Assembly (NCBI GenBank): GCA_049999805.1
Contig: JBNGIO010005690.1
Coordinates: 1-64,000, forward strand
From: Folioceros fuciformis
Taxonomy: Eukaryota
Direction: 5' to 3'
DNA length: 64,000 bases
A program made the position numbers and the translations under genes. The stretch's first letter is position 1. The number at the start of each line of letters is the position of its first letter. Below, one piece after another: positions 35,501 to 45,572 of this stretch. Below the pieces are notes generated by a model, which saw only the letters and a list, made by a program, of their open reading frames with translations, was not told the origin of the DNA and did not search any database.

Positions 35501-37112
35501 TAATAATCACATCACCCTGGTGTCCTCCGTCTCTAATTTGTGTGTGTAGCTGCTTCCCTGTCTCCAGCGCTGGGGAACCCAGACTTGCACATGCCTGCAG
35601 AACGGAGACAAATGTGACAGAATTGGGAAGAGCCTTACCATCTTCTCGCATAGCAGAATAAAGATGAAGGGCTTCCTGACCCATTCCCTGCTGGGAATAT
35701 CCTGCAATCAAAGCAGTCCATGTGACCACATCTTTTTTATCAAGTCTGTCGAACACTCTGTGACCATCAACTAGGCTGCCACACTTTGCATACATATTCA
35801 CCAGACTGCTGGCCACAAACATATCAGATAGAAATCCTTGTTCTGTGATTTGCAAATGAAGCTGCTTCCCCTTGTCCAAGGCAGGAGCGCCGGTAGTTGC
35901 ACAGGCCTTCAGGAGGCGCACAAAAGTCACAGAATCCGGCACAGCTATGCCTTCTTCTTGCATAGCACTGTAAATACGAAGGGCTTCCTGGCCCATCCCC
36001 TGTTGTGAATACCCTGCAATCATGGCAGTCCACATCACCACATCTTTTTGGACAAGTCCATCAAAAGCAGATTGAGCGTCTGCCAAACTGCCGCACTTTG
36101 CGTACATGCTCACCAAACTGCTAGCTACAAACACATCAGCTTCATGTCCTCGTTCTCGAAGTTGTGCATGAAGCTGCTTCCCTGTCTCCAACGCTGGGGT
36201 GCCCACACTTGCACATGCCCGCAGGAGGCACATAAATGTCACGCCATTGGTTACAGCAATTCCTTCATCTTGCATAGCACTGTAGAGGTGAAGGGCTTCC
36301 TGGCCCATGCCCTGCTGAGAATAGCCTGCTAATAGAGCTGTCCAGGTGACGACGTCTTTCTGAGCAAGTCCATCAAACACTCGTTGTGCATCTTTCAAGC
36401 TACCACACTTTACATACATGTCCACCAAGCTACTACAAACGAACAAATGACGCTCAACGCCACTCGCCAGAATATCAGCATGCACCTGCTCCCCTGTTTT
36501 CAGGTCTGCTCCCTTTCCACATGCCTGAAGGGCTGCCACAAACACATGCCCATCTGGCTTCACACCAGACCGGCGCATGCGTTGATAAAGTTCTATGGCC
36601 TGCTTGTTCTGCCCCCGTCTAACATGCGCAGAAATTATGGCAGACCAAAGGAAGACATTTGGTTCAGGAAACACTGCAAACACATCCATTGCGTCTTGCA
36701 ACCTACCATGAGAAGCATACATTCGGATGAAATGATTGCCCAGGAACGAGTCCCCCTGATACCCCTTTCTCACCGACAAAGCATGAACTCGACGACCCAA
36801 AACCAGATCCTTCTTTCCAGAACATTTCGTCACAACTGTATTAAACAGGGATTTGGAGATAAAACTGCCTGTCCGCACCAGAACTCCCAAAGCCTCCACA
36901 GCCTCAGTAAGATGGTCCTCATGGCAAAGCCTGATCACTTCTTCTGCAGTTACGCCCCTTTCAAATCCTTCAGACCTGGGAGGATTGGCATCATCCGGCA
37001 AGCTCCATTTCGCAACAAAGGTACGCCAACCCATCAATCGTCCCGGTGCGTGACATGAGTCATTCTGCTTCCCGATGGTCTTCTGCAAGCTTCCGCAGAG
37101 GTACATCCTCAT
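32544..37112 (-). CDS. Giant PLS-class PPR protein (1522 aa, ~13 PLS triplets, E domains, truncated WW-type C-terminus); likely organellar RNA-editing factor
   Basis: Intact single-exon ORF with repeated P-L-S motifs, then CSHAGLV, HYTCMVDLLGRAG, WKQPGQSWWTD and GYVP; no HxE/CxxC deaminase motif. Confidence 0.95.
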   Translation of the reverse strand: MRMYLCGSLQKTIGKQNDSCHAPGRLMGWRTFVAKWSLPDDANPPRSEGFERGVTAEEVIRLCHEDHLTEAVEALGVLVRTGSFISKSLFNTVVTKCSGKKDLVLGRRVHALSVRKGYQGDSFLGNHFIRMYASHGRLQDAMDVFAVFPEPNVFLWSAIISAHVRRGQNKQAIELYQRMRRSGVKPDGHVFVAALQACGKGADLKTGEQVHADILASGVERHLFVCSSLVDMYVKCGSLKDAQRVFDGLAQKDVVTWTALLAGYSQQGMGQEALHLYSAMQDEGIAVTNGVTFMCLLRACASVGTPALETGKQLHAQLRERGHEADVFVASSLVSMYAKCGSLADAQSAFDGLVQKDVVMWTAMIAGYSQQGMGQEALRIYSAMQEEGIAVPDSVTFVRLLKACATTGAPALDKGKQLHLQITEQGFLSDMFVASSLVNMYAKCGSLVDGHRVFDRLDKKDVVTWTALIAGYSQQGMGQEALHLYSAMREDGKALPNSVTFVSVLQACASLGSPALETGKQLHTQIRDGGHQGDVIISNSLVNMYAKCGSLEDAQRLFDGLGQKDVTSWNALIAGYSLKGMGQEALRLYSLMQEEGMTIPDSVTYLCLLQACASVGPSALKMGKQLDAQIREHGHQADVVVACSLVNMYAKCGSLEDAQTVFDRLSAKDVVTWTALIAGYAQQGMGQEALQLYGAMQDEGIAVPDSVTFVCLLQACASVGTPALKKGKQLHAQLRKLGYQADAFIANSLVNMYAKCGSLKDAQRVFDGLSRKDAVTWNSMITGYTQQGMGQEALGLYSAMQREGIAFPTSVTFVCLLKACVSVGTAALENGKQLHLDIREQGYQADVFVANSLVNMYAKCGSLEDAQRVFDELGQKDVVTWNALIAGYSQQGMGSEALRLYSAMQEEAMVEPDSVTYVCLLQACASVGVPALGIGKELHERIRDRGHIADEFVASSLVNMYAKCGSVADAQGLFDGLDQKDNVTWNAMIAGLSQQGMGQEALRQYNIMQEGGIAVPNSVTFVSLLQACASVGETALEMGKQLHAQVREQGHEADRFVANSLVNMYAKCGSLEDAQSVFDGLRQKDVVTWNAMIAGYSHLGMAQEALGLYNAMQEEGMCIPNSVTFVCLLQACANLGSPALKKGKQLHVQITKRGHQADMFVASSLVNMYAKCGSLEDARLVFDRLGRKDLVTWNAMIAGYTQQGMCQEAFRLYSAMQMESVALPNSVTFMCLLQACANVAALHLGRQLHLQVKRQGLQADTVVASSLINMYGKCGSMVAAQRVFDALPHRDVVTWSALIAGYAFQGDSDVVFNLVREMREDGIQPVGITFLSVLTVCSHAGLVRKGREYFASMSKHYGIKPTVEHYTCMVDLLGRAGQLDEGLALARTMPGPPSAAVWHTLLGACRKWGNVEVGLHAFEQAVKLDEKNAAAYVSMSNIYLGAQMWEQAQEMQERRKRMRAWKQPGQSWWTDVDGVGHRFLVRDKRHPDGPGKIEQVFLKTQNDGYVPQMASSRRGRSLLQAR

Positions 37113-37420
37113 TTCAACAAAACCATGCAGATGAACCCGAATTTCACATGACGGAAACTTAATTCAATCGGCTGGAGCGCATGCTTTGACGAGGTGAATA
37201 GCCTGGAGTTCATCCTCCACTCTAAAGACTTTATTCTCTGATCCTCTACAGAGCTCCATCGTCATCGATGAGTCGATCCACTAAAACCCAACACTATATG
37301 AGCAACTTTTGCAAACAGACAATTGCTTGAGTGAGGGGCTTCCTTTGAGCGAATTCCTGGTGATACCGTCGGGCTCGTTGTTGAGAGGTGCCATGACCTC
37401 TGCTCACGCTCCTGCGAGGC

Positions 37421-40400
37421 ATGGCTGCCTCAAAATGTGCAGGCATTCGAGGACGAGCTGGTTCTGGCCTCATCTCTGGGAACCAAGCGTTGGGGACCTT
37501 CAAGGAATACGTGAGGTGGAGCAACACCTTTGTAAGCAACACAGGCCGCGCAGGAGAACGTGTGGGTAGAGACGGATCTTCCAGGGAGGGTCGTCGGCAG
37601 GAGCTACTTTGGGACCCCACTCTCGGGTGGGACAAGCGGCGGGATAAGAGGAGCCTCCGTTCGCCTGAATTTCGGCACACGCAGTCACAGGATGTCCTCT
37701 GCCTGAACGACAGGCACGAGCCAGCTTGGGTGGATGTGGAGCTTGCTGCTTTGGAAAGGAAGGTGGGTCGTGCTGATGCTGGCAGGCCTGCAGGATACGA
37801 AAGTTGCGGAACGGATGACACCGTGAGCAGATTGTGCCATCAGGGCCGTCTCAGAGAGGCTGTGGATGCTCTGGAGATTCTGGTGGAGACAGATTGCTCG
37901 ATTCCAAAGTCCCTGTTTTATGCTCTGGTGAAGAAGTCGGTGCTGAAAAAGGACCTTGTTCTGGGTCGGCGCGTACATGCTTGTACGGTGAAGAAGGGAT
38001 TTCAGTCAGACACGTTCCTGTGCAACCACATCATGCGGATGTACGCTTCCCATGGCAGGTTGCAAGATGCGATGGATGTGTTTGCAGTGGTTGAGGAGCC
38101 AGATGCCTTCATGTGGTCGTCAATTATCTCTGCCCATGTGAAGCACGGACGAGTCAAAGCAGCCATGGAGTTGTATCGCGAAATGGGCAGGTTGGGTGTG
38201 AAGCCAGATGGGCATGTGTTTGTGGCGGCCCTTCAGGCGTGCGCAAGGGGAGGAGACTTGAAAGCTGGGCACCAGGTGCATGCCGATGTGTTGGCCAGTG
38301 GGATCGAACCTGATTTGTTTGTTTGTAACTGTCTGCTGGATATGTATGCAAAGTGTGGTAGCTTGGAAGACGCTCAAAGATTTTTTGATGGACTGGGCAA
38401 GAAAGATGTGGTGACTTGGACTGCCTTAATTGCCGGGTATGCCCAGCAGGGCATGGGGCAAGAAGCCCTCCGTCTGTTCGGTGCTATGGAAGAGGAAGGA
38501 ACCGCTGTACCCAATTCGGTGACATTTATGTGCCTCTTGCAGGCTTGTGCAAGCGTGGGTGAGCCCGCTTTGGAGATGGGGAAGCATCTTCATGTTCAAA
38601 TCATAGATGGAGGTCATCAAGCTGATGTATTTGTGGCCAGCAGTTTGGTCAACATGTACGCAAAATGCGGCAGCCTAGAGGACGCTAAGGCTGTGTTTGA
38701 TGCACTCGGCGAGAAAGACATCGTGACGTGGACTGCCATGATAGCAGGGTATTCCCAAAAGGGCATGGGTCAGGAAGCTCTAAGCGTCTACGATGCTCTG
38801 CAAGAAGAAGGCCTTTTCGCACTTGATTCTATGACGTTTGTGCGCCTCCTGCAGGCATGTGCAAGTGTTGGCACAACAGCTCTGCAGACAGGGAAGCAGC
38901 TTCACGAGCAAATAAGACAGCAAGGACATCATGCTGATGTCTTCGTAGCCAATAGTTTGGTGAACATGTATGCAAAGTGTGGCAGCCTGGTAGACACTCG
39001 CAGAGTGTTTGACGGGCTTTGTAAAAAGGATGTGGTAACATGGAATGCCATGATGGCAGGGTATTCTCAGCAGGGGATGTGCCAGGAAGCCCTTAGTCTC
39101 TACCGCTCTATGCAAGAAGATGGCATGGTGATTCCTGATTCTGTTACGTTTGTGTGCCTCTTGCAGGCATGTGCAAGTGTAGGTAACAATGCTTTGGCGT
39201 CAGGGAAGCAGGTTCATACAGAAATCAGAGATCAAGGACACCAAGCTGATATGTTTGTAGCAAACAGTTTGGTAAACATGTATGCAAAGTGTGGCAGCTT
39301 GGAAGACGCCAGAAGAGTGTTTGACGAACTAGATCCGAAGGATGTGGTCACCTGGAATTCTCTAGTTGCAGGGTATTGCCAGCAGGGGATGGGCCAGGAA
39401 GCCCTTGATCTCTACACTGCCATGCAAGAGGGAGACTTGGCTGTACCCAACTCTGTGACATTTGCAAGCCTCCTCCAGGCATGTGCAACTGTTGGCACCC
39501 GAGCATTGGAGACAGGGAAGCAACTTCACGTACAAATTAGGGCACGTGGATATCAAGCTGATGTGTTCGTGGCCAACAGCTTGGTTAACATGTATGCGAA
39601 ATGTGGCAGCTTGGAAGACGCTCTCAACGTTTTTGACAGACTGGGTCAAAAAGATGTCGTGACTTGGACAGCCCTAATTGCAGGATATTCCCAGCAAGGC
39701 ATGGGCCAGGAAGCCCTTGATCTCTACGATGCTATGCAAAAGGAGGGCTTGGCTGTCCCCAATTCTGTGACATTCCTGTGCCTGTTGCAGGCATGCGCAG
39801 GTGTCGGAAACACAGCATTGGAGAAGGGAAAGCAGCTTCATACGCAACTTAGAGAACGAGGACTTCAAGTTGATGTTTTGTTAGCAAACAGTCTGGTGAG
39901 CATGTATGCAAAGTGTGGCAGCTTGACAGATGCTCAAAGAGTGTTCGACAAACTTTGTGAAAAGGACGTGATCACATGGACCTCGATGATAGCAGCGTAC
40001 TCCCATGTGGGCATGGGCCAAGAGGTCCTTCGTCTCTACAGTTCTATGCAAGAAAATGGCACGGTGTTACCTGATTCCGTGACATTGGCGTGCCTCCTGC
40101 AGGCTTGTGCAAATGTGGGCTCTCCAGCGTTGGAGATGGGAAAGCATCTTCATGCTCAAATTAGGAATGGCGTTGAGGAGGCTGATATGTTTCTAGCCAG
40201 CAGCTTGGTCAACATGTATGCAAAGTGTGGCAGCTTAGAAGGTGCTCAGAGCGTGTTTGAGAGACTCGGTCAAAAAAATGTGGTGACCTGGAATGCCATG
40301 ATAGCCGGATATTCCCAACAGGGGATGGGCCAGGAGGCCCTCGATCTCTACAGTGCAATGCAAGAAGAGGGCATCACGGCACCTGATTCTGTGACATTTG

Positions 40401-41572
40401 TGTGCCTCCTGCTGGCATGTGCAATTGTGGGCAACCCAGCTTTGGAGATGGGGAAGCAGCTTCATGCCCAAATTCGAGAACAAGGTTATCTTGTTGATGT
40501 TTTTGTATCCAACAGTTTGGTAAACATGTACTCAAAGTGTGGCAGCCTGGAAGACGCCCACCGAGTGTTTGATGGGCTCAAGGCTAAAGATGTGGTGACA
40601 TGGAATGCCATGATAGCAGGGTACTCTCAGCGAGGCATGGGCCAGAAAGCTCTTCATCTCTACCGTGACATGAAAGAAGAATGCATTGCGCCACCCAATT
40701 CTGTGACGTTTGTGTGCCTGCTGCAGGCATGTGCCGACTTGGCAGCTTTGCATCTGGGAAGGCAGGCACACGCACAGATTGAAGAACAAGGACTCCAATC
40801 TGATCTTTTTGTCGCGTGCAGTTTGATAAACATGTATGGCAAGTCCGGAAGCATCGCTGATGCACAGCAGGTATTTGATGCACTACCCGCAAAAGATGTT
40901 TTCGCCTGGAGTGCACTGACTGCTGGCTACGCCTGTCTAGGAGACAGTGAAATGGTCTTTGACTTGGTGCGGAGAATGAGAGATGACGGGATACAACCAG
41001 TCGGCATCACATTCCTTAGTGTTCTGACGGTCTGCAGCCATGCAGGTCTAGTAAACAAGGGGAGGCATTACTTTCAGGGCATGACCAGAGACTATGGCAT
41101 AGAGCCCACAATGGAGCACTACACATGCATGGTTGACCTCCTGGGCCGCTCAGGCCTCCTGGATGAAGCTCTAGCCTTGGTGAGGACAATACCTGTACCG
41201 CCCTCTGGTGCAGTTTGGCACACTCTATTGAGTGCTTGTCGAAACTGGGGCAACGTTGAGGTGGGCCGCCTTGCTTTCAACCAAGCGGTCTTGTTAGACA
41301 ACTCGGATGCTTCATCGTATGTCCTCATGTGGAGCATATACACCGGTGCTCAGATGTGGGTGCAGGCAGACGAGATGCAAGCAAGAAGAATAAGAACCAA
41401 AGCATGGAAGCAGCCGGGTCAGAGCTGGTGGACGGACATGGACGGTCTTGTGCATAGCTTTGTGGTGGGAGATCAAAAGAGCTCCAAACGTGAAGCAAGG
41501 CTAGACCTTGTGCTGCCAAAGTTTGAAAACGAAAGGCCTGTGTCACGTGTGAGCTGTCCAGCCGATGTTTGA
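37421..41572 (+). CDS. Giant PLS-class PPR protein (1383 aa, ~11 triplets, E domains, WW-type end) with an N-terminal PDF-like motif
   Basis: Intact single-exon ORF with 312-bp triplet periodicity and WKQPGQSWWTD; N-terminal WDPTLGWDKRRDKRSLRSPEFRH...VLCLN...PAWV. Confidence 0.95.
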   Translation: MAASKCAGIRGRAGSGLISGNQALGTFKEYVRWSNTFVSNTGRAGERVGRDGSSREGRRQELLWDPTLGWDKRRDKRSLRSPEFRHTQSQDVLCLNDRHEPAWVDVELAALERKVGRADAGRPAGYESCGTDDTVSRLCHQGRLREAVDALEILVETDCSIPKSLFYALVKKSVLKKDLVLGRRVHACTVKKGFQSDTFLCNHIMRMYASHGRLQDAMDVFAVVEEPDAFMWSSIISAHVKHGRVKAAMELYREMGRLGVKPDGHVFVAALQACARGGDLKAGHQVHADVLASGIEPDLFVCNCLLDMYAKCGSLEDAQRFFDGLGKKDVVTWTALIAGYAQQGMGQEALRLFGAMEEEGTAVPNSVTFMCLLQACASVGEPALEMGKHLHVQIIDGGHQADVFVASSLVNMYAKCGSLEDAKAVFDALGEKDIVTWTAMIAGYSQKGMGQEALSVYDALQEEGLFALDSMTFVRLLQACASVGTTALQTGKQLHEQIRQQGHHADVFVANSLVNMYAKCGSLVDTRRVFDGLCKKDVVTWNAMMAGYSQQGMCQEALSLYRSMQEDGMVIPDSVTFVCLLQACASVGNNALASGKQVHTEIRDQGHQADMFVANSLVNMYAKCGSLEDARRVFDELDPKDVVTWNSLVAGYCQQGMGQEALDLYTAMQEGDLAVPNSVTFASLLQACATVGTRALETGKQLHVQIRARGYQADVFVANSLVNMYAKCGSLEDALNVFDRLGQKDVVTWTALIAGYSQQGMGQEALDLYDAMQKEGLAVPNSVTFLCLLQACAGVGNTALEKGKQLHTQLRERGLQVDVLLANSLVSMYAKCGSLTDAQRVFDKLCEKDVITWTSMIAAYSHVGMGQEVLRLYSSMQENGTVLPDSVTLACLLQACANVGSPALEMGKHLHAQIRNGVEEADMFLASSLVNMYAKCGSLEGAQSVFERLGQKNVVTWNAMIAGYSQQGMGQEALDLYSAMQEEGITAPDSVTFVCLLLACAIVGNPALEMGKQLHAQIREQGYLVDVFVSNSLVNMYSKCGSLEDAHRVFDGLKAKDVVTWNAMIAGYSQRGMGQKALHLYRDMKEECIAPPNSVTFVCLLQACADLAALHLGRQAHAQIEEQGLQSDLFVACSLINMYGKSGSIADAQQVFDALPAKDVFAWSALTAGYACLGDSEMVFDLVRRMRDDGIQPVGITFLSVLTVCSHAGLVNKGRHYFQGMTRDYGIEPTMEHYTCMVDLLGRSGLLDEALALVRTIPVPPSGAVWHTLLSACRNWGNVEVGRLAFNQAVLLDNSDASSYVLMWSIYTGAQMWVQADEMQARRIRTKAWKQPGQSWWTDMDGLVHSFVVGDQKSSKREARLDLVLPKFENERPVSRVSCPADV

Positions 41573-42369
41573 ATCGATCATGATGTCTTTCCATCGCATT
41601 TCAGAGATCGCATCCAGCACATTCAGTGATATGTACATCTCACCGCCGAACAGAGTGAGGGTGAACTTCAGGCTTAGAGAGAGCGGTTCCTTCCATCCTG
41701 AGACGAGGTGGCTGTTGAGCTCTGCAAGTAGGAAGCATGGAACGGATATGGGCATTTATGGGTGGTGAGCGTAACTTAAGTTACACTTCTCGACCGCTCC
41801 GACAATACAGTACAGTACAGATGCCACCAATGTAATGAAGAACGCATCTTCTGGTCGGACCTTCTGGTGTTTTCGCGCACAGAGTATGTACCTGCATACA
41901 TCTGAACAATTGTACGTAGGCCTGCTTAATAAGGTTTACAGGACAATTTACGGCCGTTTGAATTAGCTGGCATCTCCTCACCCTGTCTCAATCTCCCGCT
42001 CAATTCGTGCACTTCACGCCTCCTGGTCTGCAAAATTGAACGATAGCAGCGGCCTTGCTCAAAATTCAGTCTTGTTTCTGATGAGGCATTTGCGTCCACA
42101 GCCTGTCTGGTTTGCGCTCCTTTGGACTATAGTGGAATTTGAATCGGTGCTCCATTTGCGGACCTGACAGTCTGGAGATTTGCAGCCATTTGATGCCGTG
42201 AAGGTGATTGTGGTCCATGCACGGACAATTTTCGTGGAGAAGCTACCGTCTAGCCTGCGTAAGGTCTGTGTTTTGTCATTTGCTTGAGATCGGAGGTTCA
42301 TGCAGCCCCTCTTTCTCAATTCTCACCACTTTCACTGTAGTGCAGAGTGGCATTTTGGAGGTCTGGAGG

Positions 42370-44394
42370 ATGAAGTCTAATGTCGTCTTCCGCATTTTTG
42401 CTATCCTCGGGTTGTATCAACTTTTCGCCACCTTGTCACCGGCCATATGTCACTTACAGGCATCGACAAGGGGGGCGGATGGAAAGAAACAAGGTGCGAC
42501 GACACCAGCCATGGGTCCTACGCAAGGGCTGGCAGCGATGGCAAGTACGACGCAAAGGGGAGGATTTCCAGCGACCGCTACGGCACGGCGTCCGAGGGGA
42601 ACGGCGAGGGCAAACATGCCAACAGCGGAACTGCTGGCTATTGTTCCTGGACGAAGTACAGCACCGGAGAGAAGGACGCGAAGTGGAGGATCACCAATTG
42701 TTGCTCCGGCACCACTCTCAACAGGACGGTGCAGTACACCAGCAGTAGGATCGCCGGCCATAATTCCTGCACAAGGTTCGGCAGGGATTGCAGGCAACAC
42801 AGCAACGTGGAGGTCACTAGCCATGGCTCCAGACCTAGCTCCCGGACTGAGTCCGACCGAGGTTTACGCGAGTATGGATCCTGCTGAACGACAGGCCCTG
42901 TTCGCCGTGATGAATGCTATGGCGGAGGGAGAAGACTGGTCTACAACTCATCCGGATGCTTGTGGTGAAGGCATCTGGCACGGTCTCGAGTGTTCTGGGC
43001 CGCTTGACTCGGATCCTGATCTGCATGTCGTCACTCTGACTTTCGGGCTTCTCAATCCCTTGGATCCGAACCCGGCTTGCAGATATGATGCATACATTCC
43101 AAATGATATTGAGCAGCTGACCTTTCTCGAGAATCTCCTCATATTCGGCTGCTTTGTGCACACTGAGACAACGCTTCCGAGCTCACTTGGACGGCTAACA
43201 TCGCTGGAGATAATCGACATGCGAAATAATTCGAAACTTGTGGGTCCCATCCCGTCTGAGCTTGGTAACCTTCCCAACCTTCAGGTATATTTCCACCGAT
43301 CTCTAAACCTCTAGAACCTGCCGCCTAGCTGAATCGGGTCTTTTTGGCTGGGATGGATTCTTTGTCTGAGTAGGGAATTTAGACCTGAACGATTCCTCTC
43401 ACGTGCTCGATACTGCAATGGACAGGCCCTCAACCTCCTCCTGAACGGCATATCAGGGAGAATTCCGGAGCTCAGGAACTTGCAGTCTCTAGAAGAATTG
43501 GATCTCAGCTATAACAATCTAAACGGGCCTATCCCTCCGTCTGTTGGCCAGCTTAGCATGCTGCAGATTCTGAGTCTCCGAGGCAACCAACTTCAAGGTC
43601 TCATTCCATCGACTCTAGGTGAACTGAAGAATCTCAAGAAACTGGATTTGGGGGAGAACGAACTGCAGGGATCACTGCCAAGATCTTTAGGGGACCTTTC
43701 TTTTCTAATTCTTCTTGCCGTCGACAACAACAAGCTGATACATGGTCTGCCAGAGTCCTTTGGCAACCTGGTCAGCTTGCAATATCTGATTGCGCACGGC
43801 AATCCGATGCACAGTAGGCTGCCGGCGTTCTGGGGGAAGATGGGAGATAACTTGGTTTACTTATCCCTCGCCAACTCGTCTTACAATGGCTCCATTCCGG
43901 GTTCTATTGGCGACATCGGTAACCTTACGTATGTGGGTCTGAACGACAACGAGCTAACAGGAGAAATTCCTGAGGAATTTGAAAACCTCAGCCAGCTGTC
44001 TTTGTTAAACTTGAGCGGGAACAACCTATCTGGTCCTGTTCCGTTTTCGGCTGCTTTCCTTGACAATCTTGGTTCTGGTCTGATCTTGGACCATAACCCA
44101 GCTTTATGTGAGCTGCCATCATCGAAGACTACACCGACTGGAAAGTTGAGACTTCGTCCGTGTACAGAATCTGATGGTACTTATCCCAACCCTTGGGCGC
44201 CGCCGAGTCCTGCTCCTCACGCTGCAATGCCAAGTATTGCAACTCCATCCAACGACAACCAGAAGACGCCTGAAAGCAACAACCGAATTTCCAGTGCTCA
44301 GTGCAGCTCAGTCTTCCAAGCAGGCATTGCAATACTCCTCACGCCTTGCTTAAGCCTGCTTCATATTTATGATTTGGCTTCTTTTCCACTTTGA
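42370..44394 (+). CDS. LRR receptor-like protein (TMM/RLP29/PII-2-like clade); exons 42370-43284, 43426-44394
   Basis: Signal peptide MKSNVVFRIFAILGLYQLFATL, Ala/Pro/Thr-rich region, N-cap DWSTTHPDAC...WHGLEC...HVVTLTFG...NPAC, LRRs, hydrophobic C-terminus and a phase-0 GT-AG intron. Confidence 0.9.
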
Positions 44395-45572
44395 GTAATC
44401 CCGATGGGTGATGAACTGATCAAAGAACACAAAGCAATTGAGATTGAATGGAATTGCCTAGCCGATTACGTGTACGTGTATTCTTTATAAATCCTATATT
44501 TCAACAAGTCCGAAGTGAGGGTAACCAAGATCTTGTAGAAGTTGATGATAGATCCAATATGAGTCTATCTATGCAAAAAGGTTATCTTGTGCACCCTCAA
44601 CATCAATATAATTATGTTTATAATTTTCACCTTTTGATGTCTGTGCTTGGCAGCCACCACCTCCCAATACAAGGCTTGAAATTAAGTAATATGATTACAT
44701 GCACTGGTAACATCAAGTCTTGTATCCTATGAACCACATCCTATATATTGCCCTTAATGCCTTTATAGATTATATATTTTTTATTTCTTTCAATATCTTT
44801 GCAAATGTGCTTGAACACATTCGCGGCTAGAGGGAGAATTTGTATTCATGGTTTACCAAATTATGGATACAAATTATTAAAAAAAAAAAAACTACCACTA
44901 GGAAAGAGGGAGAATCTCATTCCTATGTCTCGTTCCAATGACTATGATACATCTTTTTTAAAGTAATGGATATAATTTATATAAAAAAAAACTACCTTAC
45001 ATCTTTTATAAGGTCATCGATATAAATTATAAATTATAAAAAAACGCTACCAATAAAGAGAACCCCATTCTTATGACTATTATACATTGTTCTATTATAT
45101 ATCGTTTAGGATTTGAGGTAGATGGATTTCTCATTTCTTCTAAATAAACTATACAAAGTTGATTAATAATATATTATCCAAATCATTTTAATGATATATT
45201 ATATGTACATTTATATTTGAAGTCAATTCAATGATTGACATTGCCCAAGACCATCTTTGAACACCCCTCACCTTCAAACTAACAGCTCCCCTCGCAACTC
45301 AAGGATTCCAAGCAATTTGTGGAGTGACGTCGTGATTGAAATTGGAAGAGCGTGAGGTTAACTATTCCTGATCCTGAGGAGCCACTTAAAGATCAGGATC
45401 TCAGGATTCTTTGCTTCACGTTTAAACAAAATTTCTCCTCCAAGATTGCAACGTGGTAGTCTCATCGTTGGACAAGAAGTATACCATTTAACCTCGGAGT
45501 CCCACCTCCAACGCTCTGAATCTCGGAGGAGCTTTCAAACAAAGTCGGTGCTGCCTGCGGCCTATACATAAA

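Noticed and set aside
44700-45250. AT-rich stretch with imperfect poly(A)-ctacc repeats, possible MITE
   Set aside because: No terminal inverted repeats or target-site duplication could be identified.
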